From: an uncultured euryarchaeote
Lineage (GTDB): Archaea; Thermoplasmatota; Poseidoniia; Poseidoniales; Poseidoniaceae
DNA length: 64,000 nucleotides
Direction of reading: 5' to 3'
Assembly: GCA_937892945.1 (NCBI GenBank)
Contig: CALBIL010000073.1
Span: 1,470-65,469, forward strand
Shown here: positions 1-9,010 of the stretch, piece after piece
Position numbering within the stretch: position 1 is the first letter of the stretch
Layout: every line of letters begins with the position of its first letter
Notes under the pieces: generated by a model
What the model was told of the DNA's origin: nothing
Seen by the model: only the letters and a program-made list of their open reading frames with translations
Databases searched by the model: none
Program-made: the position numbers and the translations under genes

Positions 1-111
1 GGCTGCTACAGTGGAATCAACGCCACCTGAGCAAGCGATAATAGCGATGTCATCAATAGTTGATTTGAGTGCCTCGATGGATTCCAGAATAAATTCATTG
101 GAATCGAACAT
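1..111 (-). CDS. guaA: GMP synthase, ATP-pyrophosphatase part (N-terminal fragment, continues off the window)
   Basis: Too short for the ORF track. The minus-strand ATG at 111..109 opens a frame reading MFDSNEFILESIEALKSTIDDIAIIACSGGVDSTVAA to the window edge. SGGVDS is the PP-loop motif at the position expected in GuaA / archaeal GMP synthase subunit B. The start abuts the purE stop (113..115). Confidence 0.75.
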   Translation of the reverse strand, partial: MFDSNEFILESIEALKSTIDDIAIIACSGGVDSTVAA

Positions 112-112
112 A

Positions 113-592
113 TCACAGACCACCATTGACTTCGCGGTCTTGGGCCTTTACTCGCTCAATTTGATCGAGTTTGTTTTGGTGCAATGCTGCTTCGAAAAGA
201 GGATTTTTGAGTGCGAGTATCTGTGTAGCGAGGTACCCTGCATTATCACCACGGTCGACACCGACGGTAGCAGCAGGTACACCTGGGGGAAGTTGAACGA
301 TCGAAAGCAGAGAATCGAATGGGACTTTTCCGCCGCAAGGAACGCCGATAACCGGCTTGGTTGTGAGCGCTGCAACTGCACCAGGCAGAGCAGCCGCTAA
401 ACCGGCCATAGCAACAAAAATTTGGCACCCATCTGCTTCGGCTTTTTGCACGATATCTTCTACGAATTTCGGAGAACGATGAGCGCTTGCAACACGTAGT
501 TGGTAACTGACGTTGAAGTGGTCGAGAATTTTAGTGCACTTTTCAGCGACCGGCATGTCTGACGAGGAACCCAGCAGTATGGTGACATCCAT
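113..592 (-). CDS. purE: N5-carboxyaminoimidazole ribonucleotide mutase (PurE)
   Basis: ORF 113..664(-). From the internal Met at 592 it reads MDVTILLGSSSDMPVAEK...FVAMAGLAAALPGAVAALTTKPVIGVP, which is typical PurE. The 24 upstream codons do not look like PurE. Confidence 0.9.
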   Translation of the reverse strand: MDVTILLGSSSDMPVAEKCTKILDHFNVSYQLRVASAHRSPKFVEDIVQKAEADGCQIFVAMAGLAAALPGAVAALTTKPVIGVPCGGKVPFDSLLSIVQLPPGVPAATVGVDRGDNAGYLATQILALKNPLFEAALHQNKLDQIERVKAQDREVNGGL

Positions 593-660
593 GTGACAAT
601 GCCGGCGCGGGTGGTTCATCAAGATGTCTCTTCTCAAGTGAGGAAATTTCGAGTCGAAAT

Positions 661-1329
661 TCATTCTTCTTGAGTGAAATCTTCTGACTTAAAGTCGGGC
701 CATTCGATTCCGAAGTTGAGGTTCTTGAATTCTTCTTGCGTTTGGCATCCGAAGAGATCAAATCTCAGAAATACTGAGTCGCCTTCGACTGTACCGTAAA
801 GTTGGACAAATTGATTCCCGTTGAAACGTTTAATGGCCATACAAGTTTGTGAAAACCGTGTGGTTTTGATATCCCAATCGGTCAGTGCATCCACGGGTAA
901 CTTTTCCTTTACATTCCAATCCATCTCAAACACATAGCCAGCGTCTTTGAAAATGAAATCCAAGGCCTTGACCAGAAGATAAATCGAAACTGAAGAATAC
1001 AGGAGGCCAAAGAGAACAGAAACAGTACCCTGTGTCACTAATGCCCACACCATGGCACCGAAACAAATCGACACAAGAGCAACTCCGACTTTCGAAGCAT
1101 TCAGTGTTCCAACACGGCTGGAAACTCCAGCTAGGCCTCCAATCAGCATCAGAAGCATACTGGTTGCTCCGAACCAAGGAATAAACTCACTCGAAACCCC
1201 AGTGAACCACATAATCCAAGAAAAAGCGAGTGGTAGAAAACCCCAAGCCATCGGGAAAAGAGCCTTTGAAGCCCGATTTTCAAGTTGGACGGTGCGCCAA
1301 CCGAATTTGCGCATCTTCCGGACATCCAT
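661..1329 (-). CDS. hypothetical membrane protein (about 4 TM helices plus a C-terminal soluble domain)
   Basis: ORF 661..1335(-). The track start is GTG and the first ATG is at 1329. The N-terminal half is hydrophobic (WGFLPLAFSWIMWFTGV, MLLMLIGGLAGV, GVALVSICFGAMVWALV, VLFGLLYSSVSIYLLV). I recognise no family. Confidence 0.55.
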   Translation of the reverse strand: MDVRKMRKFGWRTVQLENRASKALFPMAWGFLPLAFSWIMWFTGVSSEFIPWFGATSMLLMLIGGLAGVSSRVGTLNASKVGVALVSICFGAMVWALVTQGTVSVLFGLLYSSVSIYLLVKALDFIFKDAGYVFEMDWNVKEKLPVDALTDWDIKTTRFSQTCMAIKRFNGNQFVQLYGTVEGDSVFLRFDLFGCQTQEEFKNLNFGIEWPDFKSEDFTQEE

Positions 1330-1364
1330 GTCCACGCCACAGATTGGCGCTATATACGCATTTC

Positions 1365-2864
1365 TTATTCATCATCGTAAGGATGGCGAAGACAGAGATT
1401 ACGGGCAGCATACACTTCATCAACACGACGAACGGGTGTTGTGATCGGCGCTGCATGAAGTGTTTCTGCATCAACTTGGAGAACTTCAGCGAAGTGGGTT
1501 GCGAACTCATCCAGAGTTTCTTTGCTTTCCGTTTCAGTTGGTTCAACCATCATGCATTCTGGAACAACCAATGGGAAGTAAACGGTTGGTGCCATGTAGC
1601 CTTTGTCGAGCAGTCCCTTAGCAACGTCCATGGCAGAGATGCCATGCATCTCCAAAGCAGGTGCTAAAGAAAGCGTAAACTCGTGCTTGGCAACGACAGC
1701 TTCTGCGCCATCACGAACCATTGAATCAACGCCAGCCGCTTTGGTAGCCTTGTGAATCGCATGACGAAGATAATTGGCATTGAGCACAGCGTGCTCAGAC
1801 ATGGTCTTCAAGCCACGACCGTAGCGTCGGTAATACGCCCAACATCGAATAATAGCGCCAGCATTACCATGCCATTGCTGAACCTTACCGATGGTGTGCT
1901 TTGGTTGATACCAGCCATACCACATGTTGTCAATAGCCGTGTTTGATTCATCACCAACTGGAGCACGTTGCTCAACCAGTGGACCCGGTAAAAATTCTGC
2001 AAGATGAGATTTGACTCCGATTGGACCGGAACCTGGACCTCCACCACCGTGTGGTTGGCTGAAGGTTTTGTGTAAATTGAAGTGGACTGCATCGAATCCC
2101 ATCAAACCCGGTGAAGTAATGCCTAAAATCGCATTAAAATTGGCTCCGTCGTAATACATTTGACCACCAACACCATGAACAATTGCCGATGCTTCAACAA
2201 TGTCTAGCTCAAACAAGCCAAGTGTGTTTGGATTGGTAATCATCATCACAGCAGTTGTTTCATCGGCTACTGCTCGTAATGCCTCAAGGTCAATTCGACC
2301 ATCGGCTTGACTTGGAATTTCCACAATTTCAAAGCCACACATAGCAGCACTTGCAGGATTGGTTCCGTGCGCAGAGTCAGGTACGATGACTTTGGTTCGT
2401 TTGGTATCTCCGCGAAGTCGGAAATATTCTTGAATACATCGAACAGCAGTGAACTCACCTTGTGCACCTGCAACAGGTTGCAAGGTGACTTGGTCCATTC
2501 CTGAACAAATTTCAAGCATGTATTGCATCTCGTAGAAAATCGCAAGAAGACCTTGAATGTGATGCTCAGGTTGGTGCGGGTGTATATCTGCAATCCCAGG
2601 GATTTGTGCAATCACTTCATTGACACGAGGATTGTGTTTCATTGTGCATGAACCAAGTGGGTAGAATCCTGTATCAATGCCAAAGTTCCGCTTCGAAAGC
2701 CAGGTATAGTGTCGAACCATTTCGGGCTCAGATAATCGGGGCCAACGTGGAAGGGATTTACGAGCCAAACTGGCAGGCAATTCAATCGAAGATTCAGGGA
2801 GAACTGGAGCTGGTTGCGAATACCCTTGCCCTTTCGCACCGTTGAATTCAAACAAATTACTCAT
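1365..2864 (-). CDS. gcvPB: glycine dehydrogenase (decarboxylating) subunit 2, P-protein beta
   Basis: ORF 1365..2891(-). GcvPB-like sequence runs throughout (LPRWPRLSEPEMVRHYTWLS, CTMKHNPR, HFNLHKTFSQPHGGGGPG). The internal Met at 2864 sits directly after the gcvPA stop (2861..2863). Confidence 0.93.
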   Translation of the reverse strand: MSNLFEFNGAKGQGYSQPAPVLPESSIELPASLARKSLPRWPRLSEPEMVRHYTWLSKRNFGIDTGFYPLGSCTMKHNPRVNEVIAQIPGIADIHPHQPEHHIQGLLAIFYEMQYMLEICSGMDQVTLQPVAGAQGEFTAVRCIQEYFRLRGDTKRTKVIVPDSAHGTNPASAAMCGFEIVEIPSQADGRIDLEALRAVADETTAVMMITNPNTLGLFELDIVEASAIVHGVGGQMYYDGANFNAILGITSPGLMGFDAVHFNLHKTFSQPHGGGGPGSGPIGVKSHLAEFLPGPLVEQRAPVGDESNTAIDNMWYGWYQPKHTIGKVQQWHGNAGAIIRCWAYYRRYGRGLKTMSEHAVLNANYLRHAIHKATKAAGVDSMVRDGAEAVVAKHEFTLSLAPALEMHGISAMDVAKGLLDKGYMAPTVYFPLVVPECMMVEPTETESKETLDEFATHFAEVLQVDAETLHAAPITTPVRRVDEVYAARNLCLRHPYDDE

Positions 2865-4237
2865 GCATCCACCTCCTGTGAGGAAGCCCAAGCAGTAAGA
2901 TGAGAGACAAACAAATCAATTTGCTTGGCATTCGTCTGGTCGGTAAATGTGGCGAGCAACCAATTCTTTCGTTCTGGATACCATGCCGACAAATCAAATC
3001 CACCGATGATACCAAGGGTATCTAAATGAGCCAAACACTCTTTACTCGAGCCCGGCAACTCAATTACAAATTCATTGAAGTGATGGCTGTTTGAGTGGGG
3101 AAGCGTAATCTTTTCGATTTGACTCAACTTTTGTTTTGCTAAGATACATGCAGTCATGTTACGCACGGCAAGTGCATGCAGACCTTCAGGACCGAGTAAC
3201 GACATGTGCATAGCACCCATCAAAGCAATCAGTGTTTCATTGGTACAGATGTTTGATGTTGCACGATGACGACGAATATGTTGTTCACGAGTTGATAACG
3301 TCAAACAATAAGCGACTTTACCGTCAACATCAAGACTTCGGCCAACAATACGTCCGGGCATCAAACGAAGATAGGTCTTCGAACATGCGAAGATTCCGTA
3401 GATTGGACCTCCACCGGTAACAGGGCTTCCAAGAGGTTGTCCTTCACCAACGACAATGTCGGCTCCAAAATGCCCGGGGGCTTCAACCAGGCCCAGTGAA
3501 ACAGGTTGAACTGCAACAATAAGAGCAGTGTGTTCACCGATGATCGCTTTGATTTCCGAAAGTCCACCGTCTAAGATTCCAAGGGGATTTGGTTGTTCGA
3601 CATAAACGCCACATGAACCTGCAGCCTCAGCGACTGCATCCAAGTCAAGGGTTCCATCTGGATGATGGCGGAGGAGTTTGATCTTAATCTCAGCACCTTG
3701 GCAATAATTGTTCATCACTGAAAGTCGGTCTGGCGGAGTTAATTCGGAAACATAAACCGTGTCCTTCTGAGTTGCTTTTCGGTTGTGCACTCTGACGCAA
3801 CAGGTCAAAGCTTCTGCAGCAGCGGTCGAACCATCATACAAGGAAAGGTTGGCAATTGGAAGTCCAACAAGTTCAGAAATCAAAGTTTGAAACTCCCACA
3901 TTGCTTGAAGCATACCTTGGCTCACTTCAGGTTGGTAGGGTGTATATGCGGTGAGGAATTCACCTCGGGTCACTAATTGGAAGACAGAAGCAGGAACATA
4001 ATTCCTATACAGGCCCGCTCCCAAGAAGGAGACTCGCTCGCCCATGGCCACATTGGCTCCGAGCAATCTTCGAGCATCTGCAAGTATCTCTTCCTCAGAT
4101 TGCGGAAGTGGAAGCGGCAGCGCCTCAGTCATTCGAACTTCAGCAGGAATATCTGCGAAAAGTTCCTCCATTGAGGACATTCCCATAGCGGAAAGCATCT
4201 CGGCCTCGCGGCCCAAGTTCGGTAATTGGTCGACCAT
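2861..4237 (-). CDS. gcvPA: glycine dehydrogenase (decarboxylating) subunit 1, P-protein alpha
   Basis: ORF 2861..4264(-). The track start is TTG. The first ATG (4237) gives MVDQLPNLGREAEMLSAMGMSSMEELFADIP, which matches the usual GcvPA N-terminus (..YLP.t..d..eML..iG..s.ddLFadIP). Confidence 0.9.
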   Translation of the reverse strand: MVDQLPNLGREAEMLSAMGMSSMEELFADIPAEVRMTEALPLPLPQSEEEILADARRLLGANVAMGERVSFLGAGLYRNYVPASVFQLVTRGEFLTAYTPYQPEVSQGMLQAMWEFQTLISELVGLPIANLSLYDGSTAAAEALTCCVRVHNRKATQKDTVYVSELTPPDRLSVMNNYCQGAEIKIKLLRHHPDGTLDLDAVAEAAGSCGVYVEQPNPLGILDGGLSEIKAIIGEHTALIVAVQPVSLGLVEAPGHFGADIVVGEGQPLGSPVTGGGPIYGIFACSKTYLRLMPGRIVGRSLDVDGKVAYCLTLSTREQHIRRHRATSNICTNETLIALMGAMHMSLLGPEGLHALAVRNMTACILAKQKLSQIEKITLPHSNSHHFNEFVIELPGSSKECLAHLDTLGIIGGFDLSAWYPERKNWLLATFTDQTNAKQIDLFVSHLTAWASSQEVDA

Positions 4238-4332
4238 ATCATCACTTACGCCACGGGGGTGCAACTTAAACCAAACGCGAGACGCCCTTAATTATCGCTC
4301 TTTCTTCTGCTGGCTGACAAACCCGACTGCAT

Positions 4333-5451
4333 TCAAAAAAATGGTGGGCGAACAACAACTGCCTTGACCGATTTTCGAGGGCTTGCAACGATGAGTACTT
4401 CATCGCCTTCAGAAACCGAATGCAAATATCCAATTCCAATGCCGACGTTGTCAAGACTTGGAGCAGGAGCACCAGAAGTAAGGCGGCCAAGTGAGGTTCC
4501 ATCCAATGTTGTCACTTCTTTACCGGGTCTTGGTAAAGGACCCTTTTCGAGATATCGAATACCCCACCATCGTGCATCATTCTCATCATGCCCGATCACT
4601 CGATGCTTTCCGATGAACTCATGTTCAAGATCAAGGCCAAAAGGTACGTTTGTTTCCCACGAATCTCGACACAAGAAGGCATCAGAGTCATCTACTGCTA
4701 ACGGAGGCCAACAAAAGTCAACGCCAGATAATAAGAATCCCTTCTCAAGACGAAGCGTATCTCTTGCTCCAAGTCCGACTGGAGTCGAACCGGCTTGAAT
4801 GAGGTTTCTCCAGAGCAGTGGTGCCTGACCATTTGGTACAAAGATTTCATATCCTGCTTCACCGGTGTATCCGGTACCTTGAATCCAACCCTCAATTCCA
4901 AGGTCGTTTTCACCGATACGCTGCCATTTGAAACGTGCAACATGATTTGAATCACCCAATACAGAAGAGAGAATGGAACGTGCATTCGGACCTTGAAGTG
5001 CCATTATGGAAGTCTCATCAGAAAGGTTTTCGAGAACCACTGACCCATCTTCTGGCAAGTGGGATGAAAACCATTCCCACATGACACCGATCATGGATGC
5101 ATTCGGGACGCCAAGTAATTCTTCATCTGAGACGACTGCAAAAATCATATCATCAATGAGTTGACCGTCATGGTCGAGAAAGTGGGTATATGCACAGCGA
5201 GGAGCTTGTACGTCAGTCACTTTTTGTGTTGCAAGTGTTTCCATCCATTGCTTTACTTGCGTACCTGTAAATCGGAAAGCACCCATGTGAGATACATCAA
5301 AAAGACCAGCATTGGAACGGGTTGCAAGATGTTCCGCTTTGATATTTGAATACCAAATCGGTAGTTCAAAGCCATGGAAATCTACAATATTGCCCCCAAG
5401 TGCAACATGCTCATCATACAACGAAGTTCGAACAGGTGCCCCATCGCTCAT
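4333..5451 (-). CDS. gcvT: aminomethyltransferase (glycine cleavage T-protein)
   Basis: ORF 4333..5451(-) starts with ATG. It reads SLYDEHVALGGNIVDFHGFELPIWY...FDVSHMG...GYTGEAGYEIF...ARDTLRLEKG, which is classic GcvT. Confidence 0.93.
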   Translation of the reverse strand: MSDGAPVRTSLYDEHVALGGNIVDFHGFELPIWYSNIKAEHLATRSNAGLFDVSHMGAFRFTGTQVKQWMETLATQKVTDVQAPRCAYTHFLDHDGQLIDDMIFAVVSDEELLGVPNASMIGVMWEWFSSHLPEDGSVVLENLSDETSIMALQGPNARSILSSVLGDSNHVARFKWQRIGENDLGIEGWIQGTGYTGEAGYEIFVPNGQAPLLWRNLIQAGSTPVGLGARDTLRLEKGFLLSGVDFCWPPLAVDDSDAFLCRDSWETNVPFGLDLEHEFIGKHRVIGHDENDARWWGIRYLEKGPLPRPGKEVTTLDGTSLGRLTSGAPAPSLDNVGIGIGYLHSVSEGDEVLIVASPRKSVKAVVVRPPFF

Positions 5452-5474
5452 GGCAATGGCATTTCAAGCCGCCC

Positions 5475-5481
5475 CTTAAAC
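5475..5481 (-). promoter_or_regulatory. TATA-like box (GTTTAAG) centred about 26 nt upstream of the gcvT ATG, implying a near-leaderless transcript
   Basis: The minus strand reads GAGTTTAAGGGGC. The distance from the box centre to the ATG at 5451 is about 26 nt, the usual archaeal TATA-to-TSS spacing. No SD-like purine tract lies in between. Confidence 0.35.
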
Positions 5482-5508
5482 TCAAGCAAGAGATGATATG
5501 CTCTGAAT

Positions 5509-7164
5509 CTAATTTTTGCAGCGAGCAAAATCGTCATTCAGTAAAAGCGCTTCATGATGAATAAGTAAGGGGAGCACATCTGTACCATCTGACCATTGCC
5601 CCATGGTGGTGAGCAATGGGGAATTAATCAGATGTTCATACGCCCAAGATTCAGTGATGACATCACCTCGACTACGCGCTACGACCCAATCGGCTTGTGC
5701 ATCAATTCGACGATAGATTCCCCAATCTGCAAGCGTGTCATGGACCGAATCGGTTGGGAGATAATGTGAGCCGACTAAACGAGGAAAACCATAGAGGTCA
5801 CTTTGTAATTCAATGAACAGAACATGCTCTTGAGGAAGCATAGAAAACATGGCTTGATGATGAACGCTGTAACAAGAATCGACTGACATATCATCGATAC
5901 CTTGAGCGATGTGAACCATCGTGGAATCGGGAAGACGTGACATGTTCGGTTGTAATTCGAGATGACTTGGACGGGTCCATGGTGATTCAAAATCAAGGAA
6001 GAGGGTTTCATTCCCCCATTGTCGTTCCATTGATTCATACAAACTGAGGAATACATATGCGCCTCCTAAACTGTGACCGCCAAGCCAGAGATGTGAAGGG
6101 TCAATGGTGTGATTGCCGAGAACTGCATCGATTTCAACAGTTCGGTTTTCCTGAAGAGCTACACGTTCGAGTTCATCGAATGCAGCCGCAAACGCAAGTG
6201 CTCGGTACTGATGATGTGGCCAGTTCGATGCACCGAATTGGTCAATATCGTCGAAGTCATCGGGAACTTCAGGATTGATGTGTGAAGGGTATTGAACAAA
6301 GGCTACTGCCATACCTTTCGCCGAAAGGTGAGCAATCCAATCGGTGTATTCTTCATACGTCGGATAGCCCCAACCATGCGTTAAAATGGCGAGTGGAATG
6401 GTTTGAATCTGAGAGTCTTCGGGAAGATGTGGAAGGGTTAAATAGACTGAAAACTCGATATTTTTTTCTCGGTCATCACGGATATCTTCAACCTCTTGTG
6501 GGACTGGATAGGGATGAATGGAAAGGGATGTGTCAAACGGCCCAGGGTCAGCACCGTAGCCGATGAGAGGGGCAGGCGGAGGCGATGGAGCCATTCCAAT
6601 CATTGCGGGTATTCCCGGCATGACCAACCAAGCAGCAAAGAAAACACCTGCGATATGCATCGTATGCTTTACGATTAGCAAGGGTTTACCTTCTTTTGGA
6701 AGATGAGGGAAACCACCGACCATCAATAAGATAGAAAGCAGAAGAAATCCATACAAGGTAGGAAGAAGTAGAAATGCACCTCGTAAGTAAAATTGGTCAA
6801 GAGCAAAAAAGAGTCCAATGAAACCAGCGATGAAGCCAATGAGAAGAACACCAATTGCATTGGCCCAACGCTTATTTTCGTTGCCTTTAAGTTGACGTTG
6901 GAGAACTAAAAAAGTGAGAAAGAGCAAGGCACTCATCATGAGTGTGAAGACAAAAATACTCTCTCGAAGTGACATGGTCCATTGCAATGTTCTGTAAGCG
7001 TACGGCCAAATAGCATCACTGATCTCTTTGCCAGAAAGAAAAAGATAGATCGGTTCAAAAACCGAGAGAAGAAAACCGAGAACAAAAACCAACGGGAAAA
7101 AGATTCCATGTAAATACAGTTTTTCCCAAACAGGAACGGTGGTATTTTCTTCGTCCATATCCAT
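5509..7164 (-). CDS. polytopic membrane protein with C-terminal alpha/beta-hydrolase (lipase/esterase-like) domain
   Basis: ORF 5509..7164(-) starts with ATG. The N-terminal ~200 aa contain about 6 hydrophobic helices. The C-terminal half has HGWGYPTYEEYTDWIAHLSAKGMAVAFVQYP and the nucleophile elbow GGHSLGG (GxSxG). Confidence 0.7.
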   Translation of the reverse strand: MDMDEENTTVPVWEKLYLHGIFFPLVFVLGFLLSVFEPIYLFLSGKEISDAIWPYAYRTLQWTMSLRESIFVFTLMMSALLFLTFLVLQRQLKGNENKRWANAIGVLLIGFIAGFIGLFFALDQFYLRGAFLLLPTLYGFLLLSILLMVGGFPHLPKEGKPLLIVKHTMHIAGVFFAAWLVMPGIPAMIGMAPSPPPAPLIGYGADPGPFDTSLSIHPYPVPQEVEDIRDDREKNIEFSVYLTLPHLPEDSQIQTIPLAILTHGWGYPTYEEYTDWIAHLSAKGMAVAFVQYPSHINPEVPDDFDDIDQFGASNWPHHQYRALAFAAAFDELERVALQENRTVEIDAVLGNHTIDPSHLWLGGHSLGGAYVFLSLYESMERQWGNETLFLDFESPWTRPSHLELQPNMSRLPDSTMVHIAQGIDDMSVDSCYSVHHQAMFSMLPQEHVLFIELQSDLYGFPRLVGSHYLPTDSVHDTLADWGIYRRIDAQADWVVARSRGDVITESWAYEHLINSPLLTTMGQWSDGTDVLPLLIHHEALLLNDDFARCKN

Positions 7165-7210
7165 TGTTTACACCCTTGGTTCAAAAAAGGTCGTTTGGTT
7201 CTTGAATGCT

Positions 7211-8644
7211 TCACGTCAACGAGGTGCTATGTTTACTCGGCAAGCCACGAACAACTTCACTGAAAAGCAAAGTGATCTCATCAAGCAATCCATCCAATGT
7301 ATCCGTACTAATTTTTGGATTTGAAATCACTGCACGGAAAATCACATCTTCGCCAATATTTGAACGGCTTACCATGAAATTTCCATTTTGCATCATGCGC
7401 CGACGGATTTCGGAATTCAACTCATTGAGGTCACCGGCGTAGTTTTTTGGAGAGAAACGGAAACAGATATTCGTCCACATTCGAGATGACATCATTTCTA
7501 AATCATCATGTGCAAGAACCCGTTTTTCCAGATGTTCTGCCAGATCCATGTAGCCATCAACCAGTGAAGCCCAACCAGCATCACCACATTCTCGCCAAGC
7601 CAGCCAGAGTTTAAGTGCATCATTTCGCCGACCACATTGCAATGAATATCGGCCTGCATCAATGTTACGAGACTCTTCATGGAACAGATAGTGAGCAACG
7701 TTGCCATGCGCACAGACTCGTGCTAAAAGTTCCGAATCCTTCACTAAAAAGGCACTACAAATCAATGGCAAGCCCATCATTTTGTGTGCATCCCAGCAAA
7801 CACTGTCTGCTGATTCGACCCCATCCATAAGCGAACTGTGCTCTGATGAAAATACGGCTGAGCCGCCCCATGCAGCATCGACGTGATGCCAAAGCCCTTC
7901 TGCGTGAGCGATGTCACCAATTTCTTTGAGCGGGTCGAATGCGCCCCGGACCGTGGTTCCTGCTGTAGAGACGACACAGAACGGAATGCCACCTTCACGC
8001 CGGGTTCGTTGAATTTCATCTTCTAATGCAGATGGGCGCATGCACCCATGTTCATCACAGGCGACTTTGATGAGGTTCTGGTGGCCGATTCCGATGACAT
8101 TGGCAGACATGAGAACCGAATAGTGTGACTCACTTGAGACATAAGCAACCAGAGATCGGCCGTCGAATCCTGTTTGGGTTGACGTCGGAATCAATTTTTG
8201 CCGAGCGCATAACATTCCAAGCATATTTCCATTTGAACCACCTGTCGTGAGCGAACCTGCACCGTCTGAGAAACCAACAAGTTCACCCATTCGAGTGAGA
8301 ATCGTTTGTTCAATCAGCGTAGCCAAAGGTGCCAGTTCGTAGGTATACATCGAGGTATTTGTGAGCGTAGCGATGATCTCACCGGCGAGGCCAGCAGTGT
8401 TTAGTCCACCCCAAAGCGGATTCATGAATTCGGGGCGATTGGTTTTGACGCAGGAACGAAGGTAGGTATCGATGTCATCGAGTACCGCATCCATACCGTG
8501 CCCCTCGAGCGGTAATTTGAGGTCTGTCGTTTTGGAAAGTGATGTATGTGGCATTGGTTCAGCCACTTTTCCGGGTTCATCGGCTGCCTGGAGATACTTC
8601 AAAATCCGATTAGCGATTTCTCCGATGAATAGCTCAAGTTCCAT
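7211..8644 (-). CDS. group II PLP-dependent amino-acid decarboxylase (GAD/CSAD/DABA-decarboxylase-like)
   Basis: ORF 7211..8644(-) starts with ATG. Motifs: RPEFMNPLWGGL, TTGGSNGNMLGMLCAR, and HVDAAWGG followed by WDAHKMMGLP (PLP-lysine context). The substrate cannot be inferred by eye. Confidence 0.85.
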   Translation of the reverse strand: MELELFIGEIANRILKYLQAADEPGKVAEPMPHTSLSKTTDLKLPLEGHGMDAVLDDIDTYLRSCVKTNRPEFMNPLWGGLNTAGLAGEIIATLTNTSMYTYELAPLATLIEQTILTRMGELVGFSDGAGSLTTGGSNGNMLGMLCARQKLIPTSTQTGFDGRSLVAYVSSESHYSVLMSANVIGIGHQNLIKVACDEHGCMRPSALEDEIQRTRREGGIPFCVVSTAGTTVRGAFDPLKEIGDIAHAEGLWHHVDAAWGGSAVFSSEHSSLMDGVESADSVCWDAHKMMGLPLICSAFLVKDSELLARVCAHGNVAHYLFHEESRNIDAGRYSLQCGRRNDALKLWLAWRECGDAGWASLVDGYMDLAEHLEKRVLAHDDLEMMSSRMWTNICFRFSPKNYAGDLNELNSEIRRRMMQNGNFMVSRSNIGEDVIFRAVISNPKISTDTLDGLLDEITLLFSEVVRGLPSKHSTSLT

Positions 8645-8949
8645 ACCAATCGTTTATGGGAAAAGGTCGAGGTTCTTAGTGTTCTTGAGAATATGTATTG
8701 AAGAAGAAGGTGGGAGAGGATAAAAAGTACCTGCCCATCAGATTTTAATCGGAATGAATAAAGAAAGATGCATAATTGATAAAAGGCTTACCTAAAAAGA
8801 CCCATGAGTTGAATAATAAGCAAAACAGCATCGGGATTCGAGGGGTTTTTTCATTTTCTACGATGCCTGGGGAGACCGGAGAGTAAAACGAGTTGTTTTC
8901 ATTCCACCCCGTCGGAAAAGGCTCGTGAAAACAGTATTCGGTGGCAAAA

Positions 8950-8959
8950 GTGCATGCAC
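8950..8959. promoter_or_regulatory. perfect 10-bp palindrome GTGCATGCAC next to a TATA-like CATAAAT, upstream of the HTH-ThiN gene
   Basis: Read directly: ...caaaaGTGCATGCACcttgCATAAATcatg... It lies about 52-61 nt before the ATG at 9011. It may be an operator; its function is not established. Confidence 0.25.
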
Positions 8960-9010
8960 CTTGCATAAATCATGAGCAACATTGAATAGCACATGGCTTG
9001 AGTAGCAGAT

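Noticed and set aside
8860-8960. TPP riboswitch upstream of the ThiN-domain gene
   Set aside because: I could not find the conserved CUGAGA and ACCUGAUCUGGAUAAUGCCAGCG-like cores. The partial complementarities here do not form a consistent fold by eye.
8745-8966. 73-aa minus-strand ORF in the large intergenic region
   Set aside because: It has no motifs, an odd composition and no SD or TATA spacing, so it is probably non-coding.
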